Source: Gemmatimonadota bacterium | Lineage (GTDB): Bacteria > Gemmatimonadota > Gemmatimonadetes > Gemmatimonadales > Gemmatimonadaceae | NCBI GenBank assembly: GCA_040389905.1 | Contig: JAZJZK010000018.1 | Span: 1 to 64,000, forward strand | Direction: 5' to 3' | Length of the DNA: 64,000 bases | In this document: positions 9,800 through 19,819 of the stretch, piece after piece | Numbering within the stretch: position 1 is the first letter of the stretch | Layout of the letters: each line of letters starts with the position of its first letter | Notes under the pieces: model-generated | Seen by the model: the letters and a program-made list of their open reading frames with translations, nothing else | Databases searched by the model: none | What the model was told of the DNA's origin: nothing | Made by a program: the position numbers and the translations under genes

Positions 9800-11152
9800 T
9801 TACTCCTCCCCTGCGAAACTCGCCTTCGTCAGCTCCGCCTTCAGCTGAAACGCGCCCTTCGTAACGACGCGTTCACCCTCCCGGATTCCCTGCGTGACGA
9901 GGATTGTCTTTGAGCCGCGCGCGGCTTCAGGGCCACCGGACAGAACGACACGTCGGGCGACGAACTGCCCTGGAGCTTTCATGACGAACACCACCGATTG
10001 CCCATTCAGGTCCTGCACCGCATCGCTTGGAAGCGTTACTCCGCCTGACGGCTTGCCCGACGGCGCAACGATGCGCGCCTGTGCGAACATCCCCGGACGG
10101 AGCCGGCGTGATGGGTTCTCGACAACTACACGCGTCTTCATCGTTCGACTCATGCTATCCACGATGCCGCCCGCGAACGTGACTCGCCCAGCGAAGCGCT
10201 CCTCGGGGAAGGCAGTCGACGTAACGGTTACCGCTGCCCCCGGATGGATTCTGCCAAGGTCGGCCTCGTAGACATCAACGGTTATCCAGACGTGCCGCAG
10301 GTTGGCGACCGTGAAGACGACTGCAGTCGGACCGACGATCTGCCCAGGCGTGGCGTTGCGCTCGACGACTGTCCCAGTGACGGCGGACCGAAGGCCGTAG
10401 CCGCCTCCCTCTCCTGACGTCGCGCCATAGGTCCGTAGCTTGGCCGCAGCGCTCGAGAGGTCGGCTTCTGCGGTACGGTACAAGACCTCGGCATCGAGCA
10501 TCTCCTTTTGCGGCGAGATCTCCTGCTCGTACAGCCGCTTCTCTCGCTCGTAGTTGCGCTTTGCAACACTAACGGCCGCTGTCGCGCGCGCGAGGTCGCC
10601 ACGCGTCTGACCGACATCCGGGCTTTCCACTTCTGCCAGGATGTCTCCCGCGGATACTTCCTGTCCAAGGTCGGCTTTCACGCTGATGATGCGACCTTCG
10701 GCGCGAGGCGCCACTAGTGCTACGTGGTTGGCGTCATAAGTGATCGTGCCGTTCGCGACGAGCGTATCCCCGGTAACCGCAGATGCCGGTGTCGTTTCGA
10801 CCGCGGCCAGCTTCAGCGCCGCGGAATCAAGCCTCACGATAGAATCGCTCGACGCCTTCGTGGCCGTTGGCGTGTCGGCTGGTGTGGCCGACCCACCACT
10901 GGTGAGTGCAACGGCCACAATGATCGCAGCGAGGATGGCGAGTGCGCCGATCCAACGGGCGTGCCGATGTGAACGCAGTCGGACCCACATTCCCCGTGAG
11001 GGTGTCGAGCGAGTGCTTGCGATGCTGTCATTTGATGCGGTGCCGTGTGTTTCCTTCTGACTGTCGGTCATGGATGTGCCGGAGAGATGAGAGGGTGGGT
11101 TGACGTTGGATCGCGTGTCGTTCGCGGGCTCATGCCCGCGCGGGTCATTCAC
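9800..11152 (-). CDS. czcB: RND periplasmic adaptor (MFP)
   Basis: N-terminal TM, lipoyl/hairpin domains, LRPGMFA; between TolC and RND genes. Confidence 0.88.
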   Translation of the reverse strand: MNDPRGHEPANDTRSNVNPPSHLSGTSMTDSQKETHGTASNDSIASTRSTPSRGMWVRLRSHRHARWIGALAILAAIIVAVALTSGGSATPADTPTATKASSDSIVRLDSAALKLAAVETTPASAVTGDTLVANGTITYDANHVALVAPRAEGRIISVKADLGQEVSAGDILAEVESPDVGQTRGDLARATAAVSVAKRNYEREKRLYEQEISPQKEMLDAEVLYRTAEADLSSAAAKLRTYGATSGEGGGYGLRSAVTGTVVERNATPGQIVGPTAVVFTVANLRHVWITVDVYEADLGRIHPGAAVTVTSTAFPEERFAGRVTFAGGIVDSMSRTMKTRVVVENPSRRLRPGMFAQARIVAPSGKPSGGVTLPSDAVQDLNGQSVVFVMKAPGQFVARRVVLSGGPEAARGSKTILVTQGIREGERVVTKGAFQLKAELTKASFAGEE

Positions 11153-12590
11153 GCACCCCTTCCATCACACTCGCTTCATCCCGACCAAGGCCAATCGCTG
11201 CGGCCAGCTCCGCCAGCGCCTCGCGCTCGGCCAGCCATGCCGTCCAGTAATCCTGCTCCGCTCCGATCACCTGGTTGCGGATCAACAGGAGTACCGGGAG
11301 TCCGACCTTGCCCTCGCGATAGGCCGCCTCCAGCAGACGCCTGTTGTCGCGCGCGGGGCCTAATACCGTCGACTCGAGCACCTCGACCGCGGTAGCCGCA
11401 GCTTCGTATGCGCGATAAGACTGCTCGACCTCCACACGAACGCGTGTCGCTGTCGCTACTCGATCCAGCATTGCCTGCGATGCGGCTGCACGCCTGGCTT
11501 CTGTCTCTCCCTGCTGTCGGTTGAAAACCGGCAAGGACATTCCGATGCCTGGTCGTATCGCGGTACGCCCGCCGTCGTTGCTCTGCTCCACGACGACGCG
11601 CGCGAGGAGATTCGGCAGCGCCTCTCGACGGGACAGCGATACGAGCGCCTGCGCTTCGGAGATGGCGGCGTCCCGCTCGGCCAAGTCCGGTCGCTGCGAT
11701 ATCGCGCGGCTCAGAAGTCCGTCCAGCGTTACCAAGGTGTCAGTTGCAGGAGCGCCGGCAAGAGTTCTCCCAGTCGCGAGCGTGCTCCAGCGCAGTTCTA
11801 CTGTACCGCGAGCGCTGTCGATGCGTGCATGACGGTGAAGGCTGTCGTACACCGGCACGACGACGACATCAGTCGCTATGCCCACCAGGCGCCTGAACTC
11901 CAATGATGCTGATTCCTGATCACGATGCGCCCCGAGAGCCTGCGACCGTGACCGACCCAGTTCAATGACGGTGAGGTTGTAATCCAGCTTGCTGATTTCG
12001 CCTTCTCGGAGCTGCCGTACCGCCACTTGAGCAAGACGTTCGTTCAATGCGAGCACTTCGTCCGCGAGCGCCGCTCGGCGTCCCGCTGCCACGATGCGAT
12101 AGAAGTCGCGCTCGACGTCCGCCAGCGTGACACGCGTCGCATTGGCGGTGCCGAGTCGAGCCCGAGCAACGCCTGCGTTCGCGACCGCGACGCGCCGACC
12201 GCGCTGGCCGCCAATTTCGATCTCCTGACTCAGCCCGATCTCTGGGCGCGTCCCACTCGACCCCGTGGTGAGGAAATCGGCTGACGGGTTTGATCGTATC
12301 AGCCTGGCCTGGCGGAGCTGTCCCTGCGCGACGGCGATGTCCAACCGGGTGGCAGCCAGTTCCGGGTTGGCTCGCAGTGCACGCGTCAGCGCATCGGGCA
12401 ATGAGATTCTCGCCGTATCGCGCGGAACGGGCACACGCGACTGCTGCGCCTCTGCGCGGACGAATGGCCATACGAAGGACGATAAAAGCGCGAATGCCGA
12501 GAATGTTCGTCGCGCGAGGTGCAGTCGCCGATGTCGCGAATGCAGGATGACATGCGCTTCCGCATGTGATTGGTGATAAAGCAAGAACAC
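11145..12590 (-). CDS. czcC: TolC-family outer membrane efflux protein
   Basis: Signal peptide, ALRANPEL, SLPVFNRQQG, AYREGK; first gene of CBA. Confidence 0.85.
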   Translation of the reverse strand: MFLLYHQSHAEAHVILHSRHRRLHLARRTFSAFALLSSFVWPFVRAEAQQSRVPVPRDTARISLPDALTRALRANPELAATRLDIAVAQGQLRQARLIRSNPSADFLTTGSSGTRPEIGLSQEIEIGGQRGRRVAVANAGVARARLGTANATRVTLADVERDFYRIVAAGRRAALADEVLALNERLAQVAVRQLREGEISKLDYNLTVIELGRSRSQALGAHRDQESASLEFRRLVGIATDVVVVPVYDSLHRHARIDSARGTVELRWSTLATGRTLAGAPATDTLVTLDGLLSRAISQRPDLAERDAAISEAQALVSLSRREALPNLLARVVVEQSNDGGRTAIRPGIGMSLPVFNRQQGETEARRAAASQAMLDRVATATRVRVEVEQSYRAYEAAATAVEVLESTVLGPARDNRRLLEAAYREGKVGLPVLLLIRNQVIGAEQDYWTAWLAEREALAELAAAIGLGRDEASVMEGVRE

Positions 12591-12781
12591 GATCTCTCTC
12601 CACGATGCCGGCGGGCCCGAGCGCGCCTCGCACGCGGGTGCGCGAAGGGCGGCGTCTGGGTCAGTGAGTGCTTCGGATGTGTGGGGACGCAGTTCGCGGC
12701 GCGGAGGAGCGCACGCATGTCTGCGCAGGACCGATCACGGACGCGCGGCTACAGCACGCGCATCCGGACGTGTCCGAGAGA

Positions 12782-13138
12782 TTACAGAATCGGGGGTCGG
12801 AAAGACGGCGCCGCGGCCACGCTCACCAATGCGGTCGCGCTACTACTCGGCTGTTCGTCATGACAAACAGGAGCGTCGTCAATGGAGACGCCAGTCGACA
12901 CCGTCGCAACATGGGCGTGCGAGCAGTGGTCGATGTGCTGCGAGTGGTGCGGGCTGGGTGGCGAATCCGGGAGCGTTACCGGAGTGCCCTGATTCCCGTG
13001 CGATGTTCCTTCCACTACAGTCGACTGTGCATCGCCATCGTGTACATCCGGGAACAGGACCTCGAGCGTGCTCGCCGAAAAAGCGATCATCGCAATGAGG
13101 CCCGCTACCAACCGGAGTACATGACGCGAACGCAACAT
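12782..13138 (-). CDS. CzcI/DUF2946-like small His-rich protein upstream of czcCBA
   Basis: N-terminal TM, HHSQHIDHCSHAH, C-terminal PSFRPPI. Confidence 0.6.
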   Translation of the reverse strand: MLRSRHVLRLVAGLIAMIAFSASTLEVLFPDVHDGDAQSTVVEGTSHGNQGTPVTLPDSPPSPHHSQHIDHCSHAHVATVSTGVSIDDAPVCHDEQPSSSATALVSVAAAPSFRPPIL

Positions 13139-13226
13139 GCCGATGCTGACCTACCTCTCCGTCGTGCTCTTGACGGCTGAAATGTCATGAAGACGCTGGC
13201 TCTTCACGTAGCAAGGAGTTAGCCTA

Positions 13227-13252
13227 CACGCATGAAGAAGTCTTCACATGTT
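13227..13252. promoter_or_regulatory. ArsR/SmtB-type operator
   Basis: TGAAGA-ag-TCTTCA (TGAA-N6-TTCA, 13233-13246) between the divergent czc operon and the arsR gene. Confidence 0.65.
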
Positions 13253-13753
13253 AGTGGGTACGCAGACGCCGCGCAACGGGAGACCGCGGCCCCCTCGATG
13301 ATAGCGAGCGAGGATCGTGTGCTGCCGTTGGGTGGCAGGAGCCCAGCACAGTGTGATCACGCGGTTGCGGGCTCTACAGTCGTAGGAGCTACCCGCACTT
13401 CCGTTCCGTTGATTGCGCTGCCTATCCCAGAGCTTCAGGAACTCGCAAAGCTCTTCGACTTGTTGTCCAACGAAACGCGACTCGCCATCGTTCTTGCCCT
13501 TCGCGGAGCAGACTCAATGGGTACCGAGCTGTGCGTGTGCGATCTGGCTGCACTCGTAGGCGCTTCGCCTTCTATGACCAGCCATCAGTTGCGATTGTTG
13601 CGCGATGGGGACGTTGTGCATCAACGCCGCGATGGCAAGCGTGCACTCTACCGCTTGGTCGAGGGTCCGCTCCTGCATCTGCTCGGCGATGGAATGGACC
13701 ATGCCAAGATGCACGTCGCTCTGCGCCCTCGTGGGGCAAGCATCAGCGCCTAG
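13232..13753 (+). CDS. ArsR/SmtB family metalloregulator
   Basis: ELCVCDLA, SMTSHQLRLLR, RDGKRALYRL; true start probably downstream because ATG 13232 lies in the operator. Confidence 0.88.
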   Translation: MKKSSHVSGYADAAQRETAAPSMIASEDRVLPLGGRSPAQCDHAVAGSTVVGATRTSVPLIALPIPELQELAKLFDLLSNETRLAIVLALRGADSMGTELCVCDLAALVGASPSMTSHQLRLLRDGDVVHQRRDGKRALYRLVEGPLLHLLGDGMDHAKMHVALRPRGASISA

Positions 13754-13786
13754 CTCCTGGGTGCCCTTCGCCCTGCACGCGAGAAA

Positions 13787-14572
13787 ATGAACGCCATTCT
13801 TCATATCCTGTGGCTGTCGCTCATTCCGGTGGCCGCCACCGGGCTCGGCGCGGTCGTCGCAGTGCTTCGGCCGCCAGGCGCTCGAGTGAAAAGTGGAATC
13901 CAGCATTTTGCTGGGGGCGTCGTCTTCGCCGTGGTCGCCGTTGAACTTCTGCCCGACGTGGTTCGCACGCGTACCCCAGTCGAGGTCGTCATTGGGTTCG
14001 CCGCGGGCATTGGTTTGATGCTGTTGCTGCGGCGCTGGACCGACTCCGCGGAAAAAGCGCCGGACCCGTCAAATGAGAGCAGCCCCAAAAAGGCGCTCTA
14101 TAGCATTCCAGAGCAGACTGCGCGTGCGGCCTCTGGTGAGGCGCCCACTGGGCTCCTCGTCGCAGTCGGCATTGACATCCTTCTCGATGGGTTGCTCCTC
14201 GGCATCGCCTTCGCAGCAGGGGCCAAGGAAGGCCTCCTGCTCACGTTGGCGCTGAGCCTTGAATTGCTGTCCCTCAGCTTGGCGATCACAGCGAGCCTGC
14301 TTGACCGGTCAGCGTCTCGCACACGTGCTGTTGTTGTTCCTGTGCTTCTCAGCCTGCTGCTGTGTGTAGGGGCAATTGTCGGTGATACGGTACTCCACAA
14401 CGCATCCCCGGCCGTCCTCGCGGCGGTTCTGTCGTTTGGATGTGCAGCCCTACTCTTCTTGGTGACGGAAGAGTTGCTCGTCGAAGCGCATGAAGTCCCC
14501 GAGACGCCGGGCACGACGGCAATGTTTTTCGCCGGATTCCTCCTCTTTCTCGTTCTTGGAATGATTGGCTAG
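13787..14572 (+). CDS. ZIP family metal transporter
   Basis: QHFAGGVVFAVVAVELLP, IDILLDGLLLG, LVTEELLVEAHE; multi-TM. Confidence 0.82.
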   Translation: MNAILHILWLSLIPVAATGLGAVVAVLRPPGARVKSGIQHFAGGVVFAVVAVELLPDVVRTRTPVEVVIGFAAGIGLMLLLRRWTDSAEKAPDPSNESSPKKALYSIPEQTARAASGEAPTGLLVAVGIDILLDGLLLGIAFAAGAKEGLLLTLALSLELLSLSLAITASLLDRSASRTRAVVVPVLLSLLLCVGAIVGDTVLHNASPAVLAAVLSFGCAALLFLVTEELLVEAHEVPETPGTTAMFFAGFLLFLVLGMIG

Positions 14573-14673
14573 CAAAGGCAGAAGCGAGCTCCGCCTTGAG
14601 TGGCAGTTGGGTACGGCACGACTCGTGAGTATTAGGCGGTTAGTAGATCCCACGCCTCTCATTCAACGCGGTT

Positions 14674-16401
14674 ATGCCCCACATATCGGAACACTCGTCC
14701 CCTCGGCGGTTGCCCCACGCTGATCGCTTGCCTCGCCCGCTCGGGCGCTTCGTGCTTGTTGGAGCACTCCTCTCCGTGGGATTTATTTCGGCGTGCAAGA
14801 GCGGTAGCAAGCGGCCGAAATACTCTCCACGGGCGGTCACCAAGGTGCTCGCGGTCCCCGCAACCTCCCTGCAGCCGGCCATCGCCGCTCGCACAGGCAG
14901 TGAGGATCGACCGAAGTGGGTGACGACTGATCGTTGGAGGCGCGTCCGGGCGATCTACACGGGATTCGAGAACGCGCCGCTGTGGCTCGAAGAGGGTGGC
15001 GTGAAGGATCGCGCTGATGCTCTGCTCGAGGCTCTGCGCACAGCGCCGGATCACGGGCTGGATACGGCGGCGTACCCACTGAGCGAGATCGCCGCGCTCG
15101 TCAACGCGAAACGACTCACAGACACTGCGTCAGCCGGAACGCTGGCGGATGCTGATGTGCTCCTCACGTCCGCCTACGTAGCGTACGCGGCGGACATGCT
15201 TGTCGGACAAGTCGATCCGAAGACAGTCTCACAGGCGTGGCATATCCCCGCCATGCCCAATGAGCTCGATAGTGCCATCGTGCACGGGATCGAGAGCGCC
15301 GATATGAATCAGTCGCTCGCGGACATGGCGCCGCAGGATCCGGACTATGCGGCGCTCAAAACGGCGTTCGCCAGATACCGGCAGATCGCCGCAAGCGGTG
15401 GTTGGCCCGTCGTCACGAGCACCGGCTCACCCGATCTTCAAGCACGCCTAACGAGTGAGCTCGCGGCCGACGATTCATCCCGGTCGGAAGACCGAGGCGC
15501 CGATTCCATCGCGACGGTGCCACTGCCGAAGAGCGCCGGGCCTTTGACGAAGAAGACGACCCCGACAAGTGCTGGTGCCGGTCTCAGTGCGCTCATTTCG
15601 CAGTATCAGGAACGGCACGGGCTGGCCAAGAATGGGAAGCTCGACAAAGCGACGCTCGCAGAGCTCAACATCACCGCTGAGCATCGTGCGAAACAGATTG
15701 CCGCCAACCTTGAGCGGCACCGCTGGTTGCCGCGCTCACTCGGCTCACGCTACGTGTACGTCAACGTTCCCGCGTTCCGACTCGATGCCTACGACAGCGG
15801 CCAGAAGACCCTGTCGATGAAGGTCGTGGTTGGGGACGAGTATGAGGGCAAGACGACGCCCGTGTTCAGCGATTCCATGGAGACCGTGGCGTTCCGTCCG
15901 TATTGGAATATCACTCCGGATATTCAGCGCAAAGAGATCGTCCCCAAGCTCGCGTCGAACCCAGGGTATCTCGAAGCACAGAACATGGAGTGGTATAACG
16001 ACGGCGGAACGCGTCGCATCCGACAGCGTCCAGGGGACAAGAACTCGCTCGGGCTCGTGAAGTTCCTGTTCCCCAACAACTTCAACATTTATCTCCACGA
16101 CACCCCTGCGAAGGCGCTGTTCCAGCAGACAGATCGAGCGGCAAGTCACGGCTGCATTCGGCTTGAGAAGCCTGCTGAGCTTGCGCAGTGGGTGCTCGGA
16201 TGGGATGCAACGCGCGTCCAATCCGCGATGAACGGATCTGATGACAACAAGCAGATCAAGGTCGCACCCAAGATTCCCGTCTACATCGTGTACTTCACCG
16301 CCTATTTCCGAGACGGCCAGCTCTTCTTTGGCAACGACGTCTATGAACGCGATGACAAGCTGGAAAAGCAGGTCACAGCTGTCACGACCGCTGGCACGTA
16401 G
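14674..16401 (+). CDS. L,D-transpeptidase, YcbB/LdtD-like (scaffold + PG-binding + YkuD)
   Basis: NLERHRW, VNVPAF, PYWN, IYLHDTP, SHGCIR. Confidence 0.9.
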   Translation: MPHISEHSSPRRLPHADRLPRPLGRFVLVGALLSVGFISACKSGSKRPKYSPRAVTKVLAVPATSLQPAIAARTGSEDRPKWVTTDRWRRVRAIYTGFENAPLWLEEGGVKDRADALLEALRTAPDHGLDTAAYPLSEIAALVNAKRLTDTASAGTLADADVLLTSAYVAYAADMLVGQVDPKTVSQAWHIPAMPNELDSAIVHGIESADMNQSLADMAPQDPDYAALKTAFARYRQIAASGGWPVVTSTGSPDLQARLTSELAADDSSRSEDRGADSIATVPLPKSAGPLTKKTTPTSAGAGLSALISQYQERHGLAKNGKLDKATLAELNITAEHRAKQIAANLERHRWLPRSLGSRYVYVNVPAFRLDAYDSGQKTLSMKVVVGDEYEGKTTPVFSDSMETVAFRPYWNITPDIQRKEIVPKLASNPGYLEAQNMEWYNDGGTRRIRQRPGDKNSLGLVKFLFPNNFNIYLHDTPAKALFQQTDRAASHGCIRLEKPAELAQWVLGWDATRVQSAMNGSDDNKQIKVAPKIPVYIVYFTAYFRDGQLFFGNDVYERDDKLEKQVTAVTTAGT

Positions 16402-16451
16402 CTGGCGCTCGACGGAGAGGGGCGCCGGCACCGTTCGTGCGCGGCGACTCC

Positions 16452-16619
16452 TCAGTCAGGTTTCCGCGCAAGGGAGCGGTCGGACAATGTTTGACGGCGG
16501 ACTCGAATCGCCTCAGTCATTTCCTGAGCTACGGTCGCTGGAAGCCAAGCCACTTGAGGGTAGCACGCGCGGCCCTTGACTCGTCCCAGCTGCTCTTCTT
16601 CCGACCGTTCATCTATCAT
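16452..16619 (-). CDS. Small hypothetical protein coupled to the recombinase stop
   Basis: ATGA overlap with the serine recombinase stop; 55 aa; no motif. Confidence 0.25.
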   Translation of the reverse strand: MIDERSEEEQLGRVKGRACYPQVAWLPATVAQEMTEAIRVRRQTLSDRSLARKPD

Positions 16620-19600
16620 CGCTTCACCATTGGAGGGTGTGTCACCATTCCCTTCAACCACGCCCGCATCGTGGCCGCCGTGGGACGCTGCTGTAGTTCA
16701 ACGGGCATATAGAGCCACTGTCGCCATCCACCACGGTTGGTCAGAGGAAGTGCCCTCACGGTGGTGATGTGTCCCTTCGCAATCGCTTTCCGGATAAGCG
16801 TTGCGTGGATCTTGTAGCCATCCTCGGTAATTCGGTCGTTCAGCCGGGCAACCATGATGAAGTCCTCGAGACAGTAGGCACGGCCCGAGACCTCGATGAG
16901 TTGCGCCACGGCCTGCTCTAGCGTTGGCCGCCCAAACCGTACCTGCTGTTCGGGCCCGATCCAGAACATCGCTATGTGCCCCGACGCCCCACCCTGAATG
17001 TTCGCCTGAGGCGTGTACCTCCGCATCACGTTATAGTCGACCCCCGGGTACGCTTCGTAGAATTCCTTCAAGGACTTCCAGCACGACGCATCCATCGCCG
17101 AATACTGCGGGGTATGTGCAAGTCGATAGCGTGCCGCGTCTTCGCGCTTCGGGAACTGACGACTGCGCCGCGTCCACTGGTTCCCTGCCGCGTCGACGTC
17201 AAGCAGATCGGCAATGAATGCATGAAACGCGCAGGTGCGCTCCTTCTGGTGCCCACCTCTCTTGCCGAGATCGGTCTGACAGAGTTCCACGACTGCGGCG
17301 GTATCCTCGACATCCCAGCCACGGCGGACGGCCGCCTCGAGGCGCGCATAGTCGGGAAACACGCGCATCTGGTCCTTCTCATCTCCCTCTACGAACAGAT
17401 TCCCGTCTCCGTCCAGTCGCGCACGCCCCAACTTGCCCAGGAGCAGTGCTTCTCTTACCGCTGCATCGGAGAGTCCGGCTAGGCTCACGACGGCTTCAAG
17501 TGCAGTTGCTGCTTCTTCGGCTGACGGAGCGGCGACATGCTCATAGTTGGCGTGGTATTCTTGGGCCGCACGCACCATTGAACTATTCCACGTTCGGCCC
17601 CGGGGGCGCGTGCGCAATGCGCCAACACGCGTCAATTCAAGAGCGATGACATCTTCCGATACGCCCTGACGCAACTGTCGCGTAATCCAAGCGCGTTCGG
17701 CTTGGGGGCCGGCCCTGTAGACCGCGTCTACTAAGCTCCGTCGGGTTGCCCCGCCAGGAAACTGGACGACCACCTCGGTCCGCTCGCCATCTTCAGCTGG
17801 CCGCATCCTCACAATGACGCCGGTGGCACGCACGATTCGGCGGACCTGCCCTTCGTGCGCGCGCCACTGTTCGAGCATTGCCGTATCACCACTGGCCAAC
17901 GCGGAGTACATACGCGCACGGGTCGTGCGGTCCATCTCGCACGCGAGCCGCAGTGTGCGAGAGAAGTTACTCGCCGCCGCAAAAATGAGCTGTCGTTCTT
18001 CCTCCTCGAGATCGAGCGATGCCTTGGAGCGCTGTTCTAACTGTCGTATGCCCGACTCCAGCGAGGCTACGGCAGCATGTGCCGTTGCACTCAACTCGAG
18101 ATACGCCTCACGCAGCGATGCGTTCGTGGCCCCCACGATATTCGCGTTCTCGCACGCATTGAGGAATTTCGCGCGTGCGAGGTCTCGCTGAGACTGAAGG
18201 TCAGCGATCTGCGTCCGGACGGAGTTGTCTATGACCGTCAGTTGATTCAGCCCCGCAGCGATGAAGTCGTTGGAGATGACTTCCTCAAGGGCTCTGAGCA
18301 CCGCCCCTTCCACGACAGGCGACACGGACATTGTGCAGTCGTGGTCCCTTTCGCATTCGACGAAGCGGTAGAGATATGAGCCGTCGTTCGCATGCCACTG
18401 GCCGCCGCGTTTGCCGCATCCCGTATCCGTCCCGCCGCACTCGACATTCACAAGTGCATGAATGCGCGCGCCTTCATAGCCTCGCGGTCGCGGCTTCCCA
18501 TTCTCCGTCCGGTAGTGTTGATCGGGCTTGGAGAAGAGACGCTCGATGATTCGCCAGCTTGATTCAGGCAGCAGTCCCGGAAACGCCTCGTGCTCGATGA
18601 TGTGGAAGCATTCTTTTCCCTTGTCCTTGGGTCGGAGCTTTTCAAGACCCGACGCCCTGTAGCTATAGACACCATAGATTGCCGGCGAGTCGAACCAGTT
18701 GCGCAGCCGTGAAGTGGTTGCCGGCGACCAACTCATCGTGCTGCTTGCGCGCCACGTCGTCTCCCTCGTCAGTGGAATCATTCCTTCCTTCCCTGCGGGC
18801 CATCCATCTCCGCCGCGGCAAATCCTTTTGATGAGACTGTTGGCGCTGGTCTCTTCCAGCGCCCAGCGGACCATGCAGCCCTGCGCGGCGCGCACCTCGG
18901 GATCGGGAAGCGGCAACGCGTAGAGGATTCGGCCCTCCTTATCCACCTTCTTCGCGGTGTGTGCCGCCAACGCCTCCGGCCGTATGCGCTCCGCAAGTCC
19001 ACACTCCTCCATGCGCTTGGCGAAGACCGGATCGAGCGGGTCTGCCCGTACGATTCCTGAAGGCAGGCTGTAGATGAGCGACTTCATCTTTGCCACTTCG
19101 AGCCGGCCAACCTGCGAGTCCTCCGAACGCGCTTCCGCGTCTGCGGCGGCTCTGAGCAGGTCGCGCACAATGCGATCTGCGTCATGCTTGTCAGCCATAT
19201 CGAGAATGCGACCATTGACCAGCAGCTTGGCACCAGTGCGTCTCAACACGCCCATGAATCTTGTGGCATCTTCGATATCGCGCGCGACGCGGGAGAGCGA
19301 GTAGATGACCACCAGGAAGTAGTCGTTGGTCTCGAGCAGCTCGATCAGTTGCTCGAAGGTTTCGCGCTCTGTCAGGGTCCCGTCCTTGCGCACCTTTCGT
19401 GTGGCACGGTCACCCTTTTCGGCGTCGAGGAGCGTGACGAGTTCGTGACCGTGATCAATTCCGAACGGACGCAGGAAGCGAATCTGATTGAGCTGGTCGG
19501 CTCGGCTCCCCAATGAGCGCTTCACTTGGACGTTTGTGGACTGCCGCACGAGATGCACGACACGCTTGAATGCTCTCAAGCCCGCGGCGATGATGCCGTC

Positions 19601-19723
19601 GACGTCAAACGATTCATGCGATGCCCCATATGGCATTTCTTGCTCTTTCGTCGGCGTCGCGTCTAACTCGAGAGACTCTTCGCGTTGCACTGACTGCATG
19701 AGGGAGGTCATGGAACTCTTCAT
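16616..19723 (-). CDS. Large serine recombinase with long C-terminal extension
   Basis: HLVRQST catalytic Ser region, SLSRVARD, recombinase domain, Zn ribbon (ECGGTDTGC...CERDHDC), coiled coil, then IALELTRVG..RGRTW and HTH-like segments. Confidence 0.8.
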   Translation of the reverse strand: MKSSMTSLMQSVQREESLELDATPTKEQEMPYGASHESFDVDGIIAAGLRAFKRVVHLVRQSTNVQVKRSLGSRADQLNQIRFLRPFGIDHGHELVTLLDAEKGDRATRKVRKDGTLTERETFEQLIELLETNDYFLVVIYSLSRVARDIEDATRFMGVLRRTGAKLLVNGRILDMADKHDADRIVRDLLRAAADAEARSEDSQVGRLEVAKMKSLIYSLPSGIVRADPLDPVFAKRMEECGLAERIRPEALAAHTAKKVDKEGRILYALPLPDPEVRAAQGCMVRWALEETSANSLIKRICRGGDGWPAGKEGMIPLTRETTWRASSTMSWSPATTSRLRNWFDSPAIYGVYSYRASGLEKLRPKDKGKECFHIIEHEAFPGLLPESSWRIIERLFSKPDQHYRTENGKPRPRGYEGARIHALVNVECGGTDTGCGKRGGQWHANDGSYLYRFVECERDHDCTMSVSPVVEGAVLRALEEVISNDFIAAGLNQLTVIDNSVRTQIADLQSQRDLARAKFLNACENANIVGATNASLREAYLELSATAHAAVASLESGIRQLEQRSKASLDLEEEERQLIFAAASNFSRTLRLACEMDRTTRARMYSALASGDTAMLEQWRAHEGQVRRIVRATGVIVRMRPAEDGERTEVVVQFPGGATRRSLVDAVYRAGPQAERAWITRQLRQGVSEDVIALELTRVGALRTRPRGRTWNSSMVRAAQEYHANYEHVAAPSAEEAATALEAVVSLAGLSDAAVREALLLGKLGRARLDGDGNLFVEGDEKDQMRVFPDYARLEAAVRRGWDVEDTAAVVELCQTDLGKRGGHQKERTCAFHAFIADLLDVDAAGNQWTRRSRQFPKREDAARYRLAHTPQYSAMDASCWKSLKEFYEAYPGVDYNVMRRYTPQANIQGGASGHIAMFWIGPEQQVRFGRPTLEQAVAQLIEVSGRAYCLEDFIMVARLNDRITEDGYKIHATLIRKAIAKGHITTVRALPLTNRGGWRQWLYMPVELQQRPTAATMRAWLKGMVTHPPMVKR

Positions 19724-19819
19724 TGCATCACTTCCTGGTCCGTGTGGTGGTGTGTCGTCGAAAGCGCGGATGCGCAGTCGTCGTGTATCGGTGTGCGTGC
19801 TCGCTGTTGTTGCATCGAC

